Of a DNA stretch of 64,000 bases, positions 40,936-51,552 are shown piece by piece. A model generated the notes under the pieces. The model was not told where the DNA came from. It saw only the letters and a program-made list of their open reading frames with translations, and did not search any database. Source of the stretch: an uncultured Acidobacteriota bacterium (GTDB lineage Bacteria > Acidobacteriota > Terriglobia > UBA7540). A program made the position numbers and the translations under genes. The DNA lies in NCBI GenBank assembly GCA_963804995.1, contig CAWDSK010000006.1:64001-128000 (forward strand), read 5' to 3'. Each line of letters starts with the position of its first letter. The stretch's first letter is position 1.

Positions 40936-42391
40936 CGTAAGCCTCCAAAGAGGGATTTGAGACGGTCAAGTTTTCCAGATCGGGGCGGCGCGAGAGATTG
41001 ACGGGCAAGGGAGCGCGTTGCCGGCGTTGGCGATGGCGGCGCGCCAGGATAAAGGCCACGGAGGAAAGGCGCGGGGTGTGACGGTCGAGGGCTTCCCGGA
41101 GGGTGGCGCTCAGTTCCGCAGGCCCATAGTCATCGAGCAGGCGGAGGAGTTGCACGGTAAGCCGAGCGGTGGATTCACCGCGCTCGAAGGCGGCTTGAAG
41201 AAAGGCGGGGCTTTCCGGGACCAGGATGGTCAGGCGACCGGAGGGGGTGGAGCCCAAAGCCTTGCGTTTTTGCTCCAGCAAGGCTTGGTGGTGAGCGGGT
41301 TCTTCGACGAGTTCATGCCGGTCATAGGAGCGGGGGTGGGAAGCGATTTCGGTGGCGCCATCGAGCAGGCGCACGCGGGTGGGGGAAGCCACCAAGGTCA
41401 GCGTGCGGCCCAAGGCCTGGGGCGGCACGGAATAGTCGTTGAGGTCGAAGCGGACCCAGAGGGTTTTATCGGCGCGCACGGTGGTGGTCAAGTCGCAGGA
41501 GAAAGGATGCGCAGGAAGTGGCAGCAGGCGCGGTTTCTCTTCCTCGAAAACCTGGGCGACGGTGCGGGAGTCGTCACCGGGCCAGGGGCGCTGATGAGCG
41601 ACCTGGTTGCGCCAGTCGAGAGCCTGACGGTTGAAATCGGTCAGGGTGGTGAAGGGACGGGCGGCGAAGAAGTTGTGACGGACATACTGAATGGCGCGCT
41701 CCACGCGGCCTTTTTCATTGCCCCGCGCCGGGCGGCAGGGGCGAGTGGCGAAATGGTAGTGGGCCGAGAGTTCGAGAAAACGGGGGTGGAAATGGATGGC
41801 CTCGCCACGGCGTTCCAAGACCACGCTGCGGAGATTGTCGGTCAAAACGGTTCGCGCGGCCCCACCCCAATCGGCGAAGGCATGGACGTGGCCGAGGAGA
41901 AAATTCTCCAGGGTCTGGTCGAGGAAGAACTCCAGCCACAAAGCGCGGCTGTAGGAGAGGGTGAGGACGAAGCCGGACAAACGACGGCGGGCGCGACCGA
42001 TGGCCACTTCCCCGAAGTGGGCCCAATCGGCCTGCGCTTGCTCGCCGGGGAAGGTGTGAAGACGCAGAAAAGCTTCACCCTGGGGCGGGCGCAGTTCGGC
42101 CACGACGCGGCGGAGTTGGTTGATGCTGCCGGGGTAGCCGCGCGAGCGGATCATCTGGAAGAGGCGGGTAGCGCGCAGGCGAGGATATTGCTGCAAGGTC
42201 TGGCGCAGGAAGTCGAGGTAAGGATCGGTGAGGCGATCGCGCAGCCGGGGATGGCTACGGAAGCGATCGGTGTCGAGCGCGGCGCGCACGGTATCGGGAT
42301 GCAGGTGCAGTTCCGCCGCAATGGTGCCGATTTTCCAATGCTCGGCATGAAACAGGTGACGGATTTGAGCGACTTGTTCATCGGCAATCAT
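40889..42391 (-). CDS. istA: IS21 transposase IstA
   Basis: [29 protein letters not shown]. Confidence 0.95.
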   Translation of the reverse strand: MIADEQVAQIRHLFHAEHWKIGTIAAELHLHPDTVRAALDTDRFRSHPRLRDRLTDPYLDFLRQTLQQYPRLRATRLFQMIRSRGYPGSINQLRRVVAELRPPQGEAFLRLHTFPGEQAQADWAHFGEVAIGRARRRLSGFVLTLSYSRALWLEFFLDQTLENFLLGHVHAFADWGGAARTVLTDNLRSVVLERRGEAIHFHPRFLELSAHYHFATRPCRPARGNEKGRVERAIQYVRHNFFAARPFTTLTDFNRQALDWRNQVAHQRPWPGDDSRTVAQVFEEEKPRLLPLPAHPFSCDLTTTVRADKTLWVRFDLNDYSVPPQALGRTLTLVASPTRVRLLDGATEIASHPRSYDRHELVEEPAHHQALLEQKRKALGSTPSGRLTILVPESPAFLQAAFERGESTARLTVQLLRLLDDYGPAELSATLREALDRHTPRLSSVAFILARRHRQRRQRAPLPVNLSRRPDLENLTVSNPSLEAYDELPQDPDEEPEPES

Positions 42392-42830
42392 GCTTCACCT
42401 CGGGAAAAGGATTGATCCAACGCCCCCGGCGTCCGCAAATCTGACAGACGACCCAGCTCGCCGCGTACTCGGCGTCCGACCCAGGGGAAAAAACTGCCGC
42501 CGGAGGGGCTTCGGCCGGCTCCGGAGCCGGAGGCGCTGTCAGATTCACACAGGGGGAAGCACGAAGGGAAGATTGATCTGTCACGCGAGCTTTTAAGCGC
42601 TGGCGATACTCGCGTTGGCGCTGGCGATGATCGAGGCGCCCCTCCAGGCCGAGACTTTGTTGATAGCGGCGGTTAGCCTCGCGGCGCTGGAGACGGCGGG
42701 ATTTTTCCCGGCAATGGGGACGGCAATAACGCTGGCCGCGGTCACAGTGAGGGCAGAGATAAAACACCGCGCCACAGGGAGGAAAGTGACACACGCGCTG
42801 GCGAAAAACAGCGGAACAAGCAACCGGCAC
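42378..42830 (-). CDS. IS-borne Cys-rich (putative zinc-binding) protein upstream of istA
   Basis: [23 protein letters not shown], Arg-rich helix, C-terminal CQICG; overlaps the istA start. Confidence 0.7.
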   Translation of the reverse strand: MPVACSAVFRQRVCHFPPCGAVFYLCPHCDRGQRYCRPHCREKSRRLQRREANRRYQQSLGLEGRLDHRQRQREYRQRLKARVTDQSSLRASPCVNLTAPPAPEPAEAPPAAVFSPGSDAEYAASWVVCQICGRRGRWINPFPEVKHDCR

Positions 42831-43913
42831 CGGTTTCGAGAGAGGGCACTGGACAACCGGCGACGATCATGGCAGGATGACTCTCGCTGACGAACTTGGA
42901 GGTCCTTTGACCGGGGCCACCAATGAAAAACCCCGGTTGGGCAAACAACCGGGGTTCTCCTCCTTACATCTCCAGGAACTCATCCTACCAAATCCCGCTG
43001 TCCCCGAACGCGCCTGCGGCGATGATATTCAAAGCCAAAACCGCCTGCGGCGATGAGGATGGCTCGCTCTCAATCCTCGGCCTGTGTTCAGATTTCTACG
43101 TTTCTAAGCGGGTGCCTACAAGTACCAGTGCTCGCCACGCAAAGCCTATTTATTGCTGGGAATCAATCCCGATTTTCGCGTCAACGTTTATCAGATGGCG
43201 CTGATAGGCAAGCTGCAATACACGGTGGGCGCGGAAATCTCCAAAAGGAACTTGACCGGCTGAGGTAAAGGGTAGCCGTCCCGCCCGCAACGGGATCGAT
43301 GGCCAGCGGATTGGCGGGGTCGTTGAATCCAACCTGATTGTTGGCCTGCAAGACTGAGTGAACACCATCCCTGCAGTGGCCGCCGGCAATGTACGATTGT
43401 ACGTTTACGCCACCCTGGTACGAATCATTGACAGTCCCCTACAACCGTGTACAAGGGGACTCTCGGCGATCTAACCCTTGCAACGTCGTCACCCGGCTTT
43501 GACGTCAGGATTGGCTTGGAGGCTGTTTAATCTGGCCAAAATGTCCGGGTTACTTCAAGAGTATATACGACGTTTTGTCGTCTTCCACCACTCCAGTGTG
43601 TCCCAGTTGTAGGCCAACGCGGGCCGTAGCGGCCCTTGTCCCACGTCTCCAGGCCGAAACCCAAGATCTTGGGTCAAACCCGCTCTTTTGATTCAAGTTA
43701 GGTTGGGTGTCCGCCGAAGATACAGTAGAGAGCTCAATTGCGGGTGTGGTGTTTCCGTACTGGCGGGGAAAAGACTGTGAGGAGTGGGTTCCGAGGTTAG
43801 AAGATAAACACCGAAAGTGCGAGGGGAGGGCTGGCCCCAATCGGAATAAGATTAACAAAAATCCGCGCCCTGCCCAGCCTGCTCGATTAGGACCCGAAAT
43901 GAAAAGGAGTTGG

Positions 43914-46742
43914 ATGCAGACTTTTCGCGACTTCCCCGTCCGCCACAAGCTCATAGTGATCATGATGCTCTCGACCACCGTGGCTTTGGGGGCAGCGTGC
44001 GCAGCCGTGGGCATGTATGCGGGGCTCCGTTTCGAGCGCACCAGAAGCCGTGATCTGTCAGCCCTGGCGGAGATTATTGGCCAGGAGAGTAGTGCCCCCC
44101 TGGCCTCCGGCGATCGCCAGTCTGCCGCGGGGATTCTGTCAAACCTGGAGTCCAAGCCGAATATCCTCGCAGCCTGCCTATACTCCAAGGACGGAGAAGT
44201 CTTCGCGGAGTATCACCGGCGCGGCCTCTCAAGGTCGGTGCCTACGAAAGTGCTTGGGGGAGAGGAACAAATCACCCGTCTTGAACGGTTGGCCCTGGTC
44301 CGCCGCGTTTCCCGGGACGGTGAGAAGGTTGGAAGCCTTTACATTGAATCGGAAATCAAGGAGCGGAACGGCTGGTTCCTCCTCTACGCGGGAACAGCAG
44401 CCCTCATCCTATTAGGGACCCTCGGCATCATCTGGATTCTCTCCGCACTCCTCGGACGCCTCCTCTCCGACCCGATGTTGCACCTGGTTCAGACCATCCA
44501 GGCCGCTGCTAAGGAAAAGGGATTCTCTTTGCACCGGACCAGCAAAAGCAAGGAAGAACTAAGTTTGCTGTGGGATGTCTTCATCGGAATGATGGCGGAG
44601 ATCGAGGCGCGAGACAAGAAGCTCCACCAACATGGGGAAGATCTGGAAGCAGGAATCAAGGTGCGCACGGAAGAATTACAGGCCCAAAACCGCCAACTCC
44701 TCCTCGCCAAGGGTGAGGCGGAACGAGCCTGCCGCTCCCAAAGTGAATTCCTGGCCAACATGAGCCACGAAATCCGCACCCCCATGAATGCCATCATGGG
44801 AATGACCGACCTGGTTCTGGACAACGATTCCGACCCAACCCGGCGGGAGTACTTGCGCCTGGTGAAATCCTCAGCCGAGTCGCTGCTTACGGTCATCAAC
44901 GACATTCTGGATATCTCCAAGATCGAGGCGGGAAAACTGGACTTTGACCAGGTGGAGTTCAGCCTGCGCGATTGCCTGAGTGAGACCATGAAGGCCCTCG
45001 CGCTGCACACCCACGAAAAGGACCTGGAACTCACTTTCCGAGTGCAACCCGAAGTGCCGGATGGACTGCTAGGGGATCCCACTCGCCTCCGGCAGATCGT
45101 GGTCAACCTGGTCGGAAATGCCATCAAGTTTACGAATGAAGGGGGAGTCGCGTTCTCGGTGGGGGTCGAGTCAAACGACGTTCAGAACGTGCTCCTGCAT
45201 TTTTCTGTTGCTGATACCGGAATCGGCATTCCGACGGAGAAGCGGGCGGTCATTTTCGAAGCTTTCTCGCAAGCTGACCACTCCACCAGCCGCCGTTACG
45301 GGGGCACAGGGCTGGGGCTGACCATCTCCTCACGCCTGGTAGCTCTGATGGACGGGCGAATCTGGGTGGATAGCGAAGTTGGCAAGGGGAGTACCTTCCA
45401 TTTCACGCTCAAATTTCCTCGAGCCAAGAACCTTCATGCCTCGACTGTCATTGTGAATCCCGCCGCCTTGCGCGACATGCCGGCCCTGGTGGTTGACGAC
45501 AATGCGAGCAATCGCCTGTTGCTGGATGAGTTGCTTCGCCATTGGGGAATGAAACCTTCCCTGGCGGAGAGTGGAGAAGGCGGACTCTCCCTTTTGGAGC
45601 AAGCCAGCCAAACAGGGATTACGATTCCCCTCATCCTCCTGGACTGCCGGATGCCCGACATGGATGGCTTCACCTTTGCCAAACGTGTGAAAGCCAACCC
45701 CCATTTCAAAGGCGCCATCATCATGATGCTCACCTCCGGCGGTCAACGCGGAGACGCATCCCGGTGCCGGGAACTGCACATTGCCGCCTATCTGGTCAAG
45801 CCCATCCAGGAATCCGAACTCTTGGAAGCCATCCTCAGTGTCTTGGGGCATAAGGTGGAATCCCCCCCTCAGCAGCCCGCCCTGGTGACTCGCCATTCCC
45901 TAAGGCAAGACCGGCAGCACCTGAATATCCTTCTGGCTGAAGACAACGCGGTAAATCAGATCGTGGCGGTCCGGCTCCTCCAGAAGTTGGGACACAATGT
46001 GAGGGTGGTCGCCAACGGGCGTGAAGCCCTCACCCTGCTGGCGGAGCAGAAGTTCGATCTGATCATTATGGACGTGCAGATGCCGGAAATGGACGGATTT
46101 GAAACCACCCGCCTCATCCGCGAAAAGGAGGCGGCCACTGGCAAGCATTTGCCCATTATTGCCATGACGGCGCACGCCATGAAGGGTGACCGGGAACGTT
46201 GCCTGGCCGCCGGCATGGATCGGTACGTTGCGAAGCCGATTCGCCCGACAGAATTGTTTGAAGCCATCCAGCGAATCGCCCCGCAGTCCGAGCCTGCGCC
46301 TCCGCCTGCGACCCCTCCCCCTGCGGAGAATTGCATTGACTGGCCCGCCGCGTGGGCAAACCTGGAAGGAGACCGCGAACTTATGAGCGAGTTAGCCCGT
46401 CTGTTTCTTGATGACCTCCCACCACAGTTGGAGGCTATCCATAAGGCGGCGGAGATGACCCAGGGCGATGATTTGGAGCGGGTTGCTCACCGGCTGAAAA
46501 GTTCGGTGGGAAATTTTGCGGCGAGGTCGGCCTTCAAGGCTGCCTTCCATCTTGAGAAGGTCGCGCACGACGGGGATTTGAAACTGATTCCCGGAGCAGT
46601 AAGTGCTCTGGAAGCCGAACTCGAGCGCTTGCGGATCGAGTTGGAAAAGTGGGCGGAGAATTCCCCGGACTGGGCGACAGATTTTCCCCCTCCCGACGCT
46701 CCTGGCGCGGCGGAATCAGGTCTGCACGCAGGCCCTGGGTAA
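43914..46742 (+). CDS. Hybrid sensor histidine kinase (periplasmic sensor-HisKA-HATPase-REC-REC-HPt)
   Basis: [31 protein letters not shown], two REC domains, AHRLKSS HPt; SD before ATG 43914. Confidence 0.93.
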   Translation: MQTFRDFPVRHKLIVIMMLSTTVALGAACAAVGMYAGLRFERTRSRDLSALAEIIGQESSAPLASGDRQSAAGILSNLESKPNILAACLYSKDGEVFAEYHRRGLSRSVPTKVLGGEEQITRLERLALVRRVSRDGEKVGSLYIESEIKERNGWFLLYAGTAALILLGTLGIIWILSALLGRLLSDPMLHLVQTIQAAAKEKGFSLHRTSKSKEELSLLWDVFIGMMAEIEARDKKLHQHGEDLEAGIKVRTEELQAQNRQLLLAKGEAERACRSQSEFLANMSHEIRTPMNAIMGMTDLVLDNDSDPTRREYLRLVKSSAESLLTVINDILDISKIEAGKLDFDQVEFSLRDCLSETMKALALHTHEKDLELTFRVQPEVPDGLLGDPTRLRQIVVNLVGNAIKFTNEGGVAFSVGVESNDVQNVLLHFSVADTGIGIPTEKRAVIFEAFSQADHSTSRRYGGTGLGLTISSRLVALMDGRIWVDSEVGKGSTFHFTLKFPRAKNLHASTVIVNPAALRDMPALVVDDNASNRLLLDELLRHWGMKPSLAESGEGGLSLLEQASQTGITIPLILLDCRMPDMDGFTFAKRVKANPHFKGAIIMMLTSGGQRGDASRCRELHIAAYLVKPIQESELLEAILSVLGHKVESPPQQPALVTRHSLRQDRQHLNILLAEDNAVNQIVAVRLLQKLGHNVRVVANGREALTLLAEQKFDLIIMDVQMPEMDGFETTRLIREKEAATGKHLPIIAMTAHAMKGDRERCLAAGMDRYVAKPIRPTELFEAIQRIAPQSEPAPPPATPPPAENCIDWPAAWANLEGDRELMSELARLFLDDLPPQLEAIHKAAEMTQGDDLERVAHRLKSSVGNFAARSAFKAAFHLEKVAHDGDLKLIPGAVSALEAELERLRIELEKWAENSPDWATDFPPPDAPGAAESGLHAGPG

Positions 46743-47504
46743 GAACTTCTCGAAGTTCTGAATAACCTGCTGCCCCACTTCTTCTTCGGTCAGATTGTGT
46801 AGCCGGGCGAGCTCCTGGGTGACGCCGCGCACATAGGCAGGCTCGTTGCGCTTGCCACGATAAGGCATGGGCGCCAGGTAAGGGCAATCCGTTTCGGTTA
46901 AGACCCGGTCCAAAGGAACCTCACGCGCCACCTCCCGCAGGGCCTCAGCCTTCTTGAACGTCAGGTTCCCCGCGAAAGAAACCAGAAAGCCCCACTCCAA
47001 GAACAGCCGGGCATCCTCAGAGCTTCCCGTAAAACAATGAAGAATTCCACCTAAGCCGGCGGAGTTCCAGTAGGTCGCAACCGCCTCACGGAGGTCAGGC
47101 CAGGCATCCCGGCAATGAATGATGATGGGCAGCCTGAGCCCCCGCGCCAGTTCCATCTGTTGAACCAACACGCGCTTCTGCACTTCGCGGGGTGAGTGGT
47201 CGTAGTAATAATCCAGACCGATTTCACCTATGGCAACCACCTTGGGATTTTCAGCGAGTTTGAGGATTTGTTCGGCATGCATGTCCGTGTAGTGGCGGGC
47301 TTCGTGGGGGTGAACTCCCACCGACGCGGAGACCCAATCACGCTGCGCGGCGATTTCAAGCGGCGAGTCCAGCCGGTCGGGACCCGTCCCCCCACCTGCC
47401 AGCAGCAGGTACCGAAGCCCCGCCGCACGCGCGCGTTCAATCACCGCCTCGCGGTCAGCATCAAAGGCGGAATCGTCCAAATGGGCGTGGGAATCAAGGA
47501 GCAC
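46716..47504 (-). CDS. TatD family hydrolase
   Basis: [38 protein letters not shown] at 47504. Confidence 0.93.
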   Translation of the reverse strand: MLLDSHAHLDDSAFDADREAVIERARAAGLRYLLLAGGGTGPDRLDSPLEIAAQRDWVSASVGVHPHEARHYTDMHAEQILKLAENPKVVAIGEIGLDYYYDHSPREVQKRVLVQQMELARGLRLPIIIHCRDAWPDLREAVATYWNSAGLGGILHCFTGSSEDARLFLEWGFLVSFAGNLTFKKAEALREVAREVPLDRVLTETDCPYLAPMPYRGKRNEPAYVRGVTQELARLHNLTEEEVGQQVIQNFEKFLPRACVQT

Positions 47505-47505
47505 T

Positions 47506-47789
47506 GTCCGTAGTCCGTGGTCAGTTGTCAGTTGCACTTTCCTCTGTCTTGAAAGCTCCCTCTCCCCGAACCCTCTGCGATATTAGCTCCAACGCTGTCC
47601 GCAGCGCAGACCATCTGCCTTCCCACAGTAGATTTGGGAAATTGTTCCCAGCCACTGACGATCGTCCATACTTCATCCGCAAGTCTTTCGCCCAGTTTGT
47701 ATACTTGCAGGTTCTCAAATTTGGTCCTCGCCGCCATGGAAAAATCTTCTCCTACAAGTGCAACGGACAACGGACCACGGACAACTGAC
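47506..47789. mobile_element. Cassette bounded by 34-bp inverted heptamer arrays
   Basis: Left GTCCGTA-GTCCGTG-GTCAGTT-GTCAGTT-GCACTT; right AAGTGC-AACGGAC-AACGGAC-CACGGAC-AACTGAC. Mobility is inferred. Confidence 0.65.
47528..47737 (-). pseudogene. Truncated four-helix-bundle (23S rRNA IVP/Avd-like) protein
   Basis: FENLQVYK...GRQMVCAADSVGANIAEGSGRGS; ends after about 69 aa. Confidence 0.8.
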
Positions 47790-47806
47790 GAAGGGAGATC
47801 ACCCGA

Positions 47807-50056
47807 TTACTTCAGCCTGACTCCGTTCGGAACGTCTTCGCCAAAGGTGACCAGCACGGGGCGGCCTTCGGGGCCAATGGAGGCTGCCACGATCATACCA
47901 TTGGATTCCACGCCGCGAAGTTTGCGGGGTTGAAGATTCGTCACCACCACCACTTTCATGCCGATTAGTTTCTCCGGCGCGTAAAACTCCGCAATACCCG
48001 CGCAGACCTGGCGCACTTCGGTGCCTATATCCACCGTCAACTTCAGCAACTTCTTCGCCCCGGGGATGGCCTCGGCTGTTTTGATTTCGCCCGTGCGCAT
48101 TTCCACCTTGGCGAAATCTTCAATGGAGATTTGGCTAGGGACTGGGGGCTGGGGGCTAGGTGCTCGGTGCTGGGGGCTGGGGGTTTGTGGCACGGCCATC
48201 CTGGCCGTGTCTTCTTTCACGGGCTGGAAGCCCGTGCCACTTGAAGATTCAGGCGCAGGCGCCGCTTCGGGTGCTTTTTCTGTTTCCACGGGTTTCAATA
48301 CCTCCTTGGGTTTGTCGCGATTGCGGTCAGCCTCAGCCAGTTCTTCAAGTTTGGCGAGCGTGACAGCCTTGTCGAGCCGCGGGAAGACCGGTTCCGCCTT
48401 GCCAATCTTAGTGCCGGGTTTCAACTGGCCCCACTTGAGTTCGTCCAAGCGCTGGTCGGCCAGCTTGCCTTCGCAGCCCAATTGCTTCCAGATCCGCTCA
48501 GCGCCGGCGGGCAGCACCGGAGCGAGTAGCACCGCCGTGAAGCGCAGAGCCTCAGCGGCAGTAGAAAGAATCGCGGCGATTCGAACCTGATTACCATGAC
48601 GGTCCTGGTCGGCAAGCGTCCAAGGAGCGTTCTCGACAAGATACTTATTAACGTCACCGATGAATGCCCAGACATGGGCCAGTACAAACGACAAGTCAAA
48701 CCCCGTGAACCGCTCCATGACCGCAGCGTGGAGTCTGTCGGATGCTTCGACGATTTCCACGGTTCTGGAGTCCAGGGCAATGCGATTCTTGGCAAGCATC
48801 GCCCGGGCTCCCTCTTCACCCTTAATCGCAGCGTGGATAATCTCCCAGGGTACCGGAAGACGGGGAATCTCGGCGTTGCAATACCGGTTGATCATATTCA
48901 CTGTCCGGTTCGCCAGATTCCCCAAATCATTTGCCAGGTCCGCGTTGTACCGCTGGATGAAACCCTCATAGGAAAAACTGGTATCTTGCCCGAACGGCGC
49001 CTCGCGCAACAGGTAGTAACGCAGCGCGTCGTTGCCCGGCGCGCCGAAGGAGTCAAGCGCGTCCACGATCGGCTCAGGGTAGACCACGTTGCCCTTCGAC
49101 TTCGACATCTTATCCTGCTCATAGTAAATCCAGCCGTGCGCGAAGACGGTGGTCGGTAGCATCTCAGGTTGGTCGGGATAGGCAGCCATGATGAACGCCG
49201 GCCAATAGACGGCATGGAACCGCAGGATGTCCTTGCCCAGCATGTGCACCAGTTCTGACTCACCAGGTTTGTTCCGCCAGTATTTCTGAAACTCCATGCT
49301 TCCGTTTTCACCCTGCGCGTAGCCAATGCCCGTCATATAACTGGTGAGGGCGTCATACCAAACGTAAAACACCTGGTGGGGGTCATCGGGCCAGGGGATG
49401 CCCCACTTCAGGCGGCTCCGGCTGACCGAAATGTCGCGCAGGCCGCTTTTCACAAAGCTCTTGACTTCATTCATGCGGTAATCGGGCTTCACAAAATCAG
49501 GACGGCTCTGGTAGAGATCGAGAAGCGGTTTTTCAAACGCCGAGAGCTTGAAAAAGTAATTGTCTTCGCTGATCAGCTCCGCCGGGCGTCCGCAGATGTC
49601 GCAGTTCGCGGGTTCCGTGTTGTCGGAAACATAGCGCTCGTCCGAGACACAATAACGCCCCTCGTAGCGATGGGTGAAGATATAGCCATTTTCCCTGGCG
49701 CGAATCAGCATCCGTTGGACCGAGATGGTGTGGTCCGGATGGTCCGTGTAGATGAAGCGCAGAGAATTCTGGTCGTGCTCAGGATAAACCTTGACGGGGA
49801 TGCCAAGTTTCTCCCAGAGCTCGACAAACAATTTCCGCTTTTCTGCGACGAATTCGCTGGGCGATTGGCCCGCCGCGGTGGCCGCGCGTTCCAGCTTCTC
49901 GCCGTGCTCATCCGTGCCCGTGAGGAACGCCACATCATAACCGCACATGCGTTTGTAGCGTGCCAGCACGTCGCACACGATCGTGGTGTAAGCTGAGCCC
50001 ACGTGCGGCCGCGCGTTGGGATAGTAGATGGGAGTGGTGAGGAAAAACGTCTTCAT
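47807..50056 (-). CDS. metG: Methionine--tRNA ligase with C-terminal tRNA-binding domain
   Basis: TTPIYYPN..PHVG, GTDEHG, YVWYDAL, KMSKS, C-terminal GVESNGM. Confidence 0.97.
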   Translation of the reverse strand: MKTFFLTTPIYYPNARPHVGSAYTTIVCDVLARYKRMCGYDVAFLTGTDEHGEKLERAATAAGQSPSEFVAEKRKLFVELWEKLGIPVKVYPEHDQNSLRFIYTDHPDHTISVQRMLIRARENGYIFTHRYEGRYCVSDERYVSDNTEPANCDICGRPAELISEDNYFFKLSAFEKPLLDLYQSRPDFVKPDYRMNEVKSFVKSGLRDISVSRSRLKWGIPWPDDPHQVFYVWYDALTSYMTGIGYAQGENGSMEFQKYWRNKPGESELVHMLGKDILRFHAVYWPAFIMAAYPDQPEMLPTTVFAHGWIYYEQDKMSKSKGNVVYPEPIVDALDSFGAPGNDALRYYLLREAPFGQDTSFSYEGFIQRYNADLANDLGNLANRTVNMINRYCNAEIPRLPVPWEIIHAAIKGEEGARAMLAKNRIALDSRTVEIVEASDRLHAAVMERFTGFDLSFVLAHVWAFIGDVNKYLVENAPWTLADQDRHGNQVRIAAILSTAAEALRFTAVLLAPVLPAGAERIWKQLGCEGKLADQRLDELKWGQLKPGTKIGKAEPVFPRLDKAVTLAKLEELAEADRNRDKPKEVLKPVETEKAPEAAPAPESSSGTGFQPVKEDTARMAVPQTPSPQHRAPSPQPPVPSQISIEDFAKVEMRTGEIKTAEAIPGAKKLLKLTVDIGTEVRQVCAGIAEFYAPEKLIGMKVVVVTNLQPRKLRGVESNGMIVAASIGPEGRPVLVTFGEDVPNGVRLK

Positions 50057-51552
50057 GCGCCGGCTGCCTTCTCACTTTGCTGGAGGTAAGCCGCCTCCGC
50101 CGCTGCCATCACCTGCTTGAGCGGCACAGATTTCTCCGCAGCCAGGCGCTGGCAATCTTCGAACTCCGGCGCCACGTTCAACACCTTCCCTTCCCGCCGC
50201 GCCACCTTGACGTTCACCGAACCGTAAGGCGTTTCCACCGACACCTGCTCGCGCTCAAGCACTTTCCGCCGCGCTTCGTGGATTCGTACCCCGATGGTGG
50301 TGGTCTGTTCAAAGAGAAGCTGGGAGAGCGCATCCGTCTTGGTCGATTCACAAAGGATGCTGATGGTCAGGCCCGGCCGATTCTTTTTCATCTGGGCGGA
50401 ACTGCACGTCACATCGAGCGCCCCCGCAGCCAGCGCCTGTTCCAGGAAGTAGCCGTAAAGCTGCGGGCTCATGTCGTCCACATTGGCTTCGATAATCGAA
50501 ACTATCTCGTCAGCGTAAGGTGTTTCTATCGTTACCTGCTCGCGCTCCGGTACTTTCCGTCGCGCTTCAGAGATGCGTACGCCCAGGGTGGGGGTCTGGT
50601 CGAAGAGCAACTGCGAAAGCGCGTCACTCTTGCCGGGTTCGCAGAGGATGCTGATGGCGAGGCCGGGCCGATTCTCTTTCAACCGGGCTGAGCTACACGT
50701 GACGTCAAGAGCGCCCGCGGCCAGAGCCTGTTCCAGAAAGGTCGCGTAATGTTGCGGGCTCATTTCATTGACGTTGGCTTCGATCATGGAAACGATCTCG
50801 TCACCGGGCAGCCCGGGCTGGCCGGCGTCGGCTTCCAGGCGCTCGCCGATGAAAAGACGCGCAATGTTCGGGTGGCCCGCGAAGTCCTTTTCCCCGGCTC
50901 CGTAGCCGATTCGCTCCACCTTCATTGCCGGTAGCGGGCCGAACCCGGAAGCCAGCGTGGTAACCAGGGCAGCGCCCGTGGGCGTGACCAATTCACCCGC
51001 TACGCCCGAGGAATACACCGGGACGTCCTTCAACAATTCTGAAGTGGCCGGAGCAGGCACCGGTAGTGAGCCGTGAGCCGCATCAACCTGCCCGCCCCCC
51101 ACGTTCAAAGGCGAACAAACCAAATCGGAAATCTCGAGCAACTCGAGGCCCACGCACGTCCCCACGATATCGAGGATGGCATCAACCGCGCCGACTTCGT
51201 GGAAGTGGATTTCGTCCGGAGGCATGCTGTGGAGCCTCCCTTCGACTTCGGCCAAGCGGTTGAAAACCTGGAGGGCCCGGCCCGCCGCCTTCTCCGGCAG
51301 CGCTGCCTGTGCGATTAGAGCCTGGATGTCGCCCAGGGTGCGGTGGGGTTGATCGCCGGGCACCCGGATATCCACACGCGCGCCCACTATGCCGCCGCGT
51401 ATGGCGCGCGTCCGCTTGAATTCGTAAAAACCCAGGTGGAGCTTCTTCAATTCCGCAAACAGCCGATCGACGGAAACTCCCCCGTCAATCAATACGGCGA
51501 GAAACATATCGCCACTAATGCCAGAGGAACAATCCAGGTAGGCCTGTCTCAT
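50053..51552 (-). CDS. larC: Nickel-pincer cofactor biosynthesis protein LarC with internal duplication
   Basis: YLDCSSGISGDM, HFHEVGAVD, HGSLPVPAPAT, ELVTPTGAA, MKKNRPG, TTTIGVR, PEFED. Confidence 0.92.
   Translation of the reverse strand: MRQAYLDCSSGISGDMFLAVLIDGGVSVDRLFAELKKLHLGFYEFKRTRAIRGGIVGARVDIRVPGDQPHRTLGDIQALIAQAALPEKAAGRALQVFNRLAEVEGRLHSMPPDEIHFHEVGAVDAILDIVGTCVGLELLEISDLVCSPLNVGGGQVDAAHGSLPVPAPATSELLKDVPVYSSGVAGELVTPTGAALVTTLASGFGPLPAMKVERIGYGAGEKDFAGHPNIARLFIGERLEADAGQPGLPGDEIVSMIEANVNEMSPQHYATFLEQALAAGALDVTCSSARLKENRPGLAISILCEPGKSDALSQLLFDQTPTLGVRISEARRKVPEREQVTIETPYADEIVSIIEANVDDMSPQLYGYFLEQALAAGALDVTCSSAQMKKNRPGLTISILCESTKTDALSQLLFEQTTTIGVRIHEARRKVLEREQVSVETPYGSVNVKVARREGKVLNVAPEFEDCQRLAAEKSVPLKQVMAAAEAAYLQQSEKAAGA

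Larger units (their letters stand above)
39719..43120 (-). mobile_element. IS21 family element, 3402 bp, four ORFs
   Basis: TG...CA ends; imperfect ~40-bp TIRs (aaacgtagaaatttgaaca / tgttcagatttctacgttt); TSD AGTAC at 39714-39718 and 43121-43125. Confidence 0.95.
38873..43263 (+). pseudogene. Acetamidase/formamidase family gene interrupted by IS21 (parts 38873-39718 and 43126-43263)
   Basis: NPVTGPVFVEG, GGNLD, GDVHACQGD; the frame resumes after the IS as QCSPRKAYLLLG...NLTG*. Confidence 0.88.

Noticed and set aside
43264..43913. Riboswitch/ncRNA, or a longer N-terminus for the hybrid kinase
   Set aside because: Only an isolated hairpin (~43434-43461) was seen with no recognisable aptamer; the good SD is at ATG 43914.
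50221..50802. DGR template/variable repeat pair (Avd-like gene nearby)
   Set aside because: Differences are not adenine-specific and many are synonymous; both copies are in one frame; no reverse transcriptase in the window.
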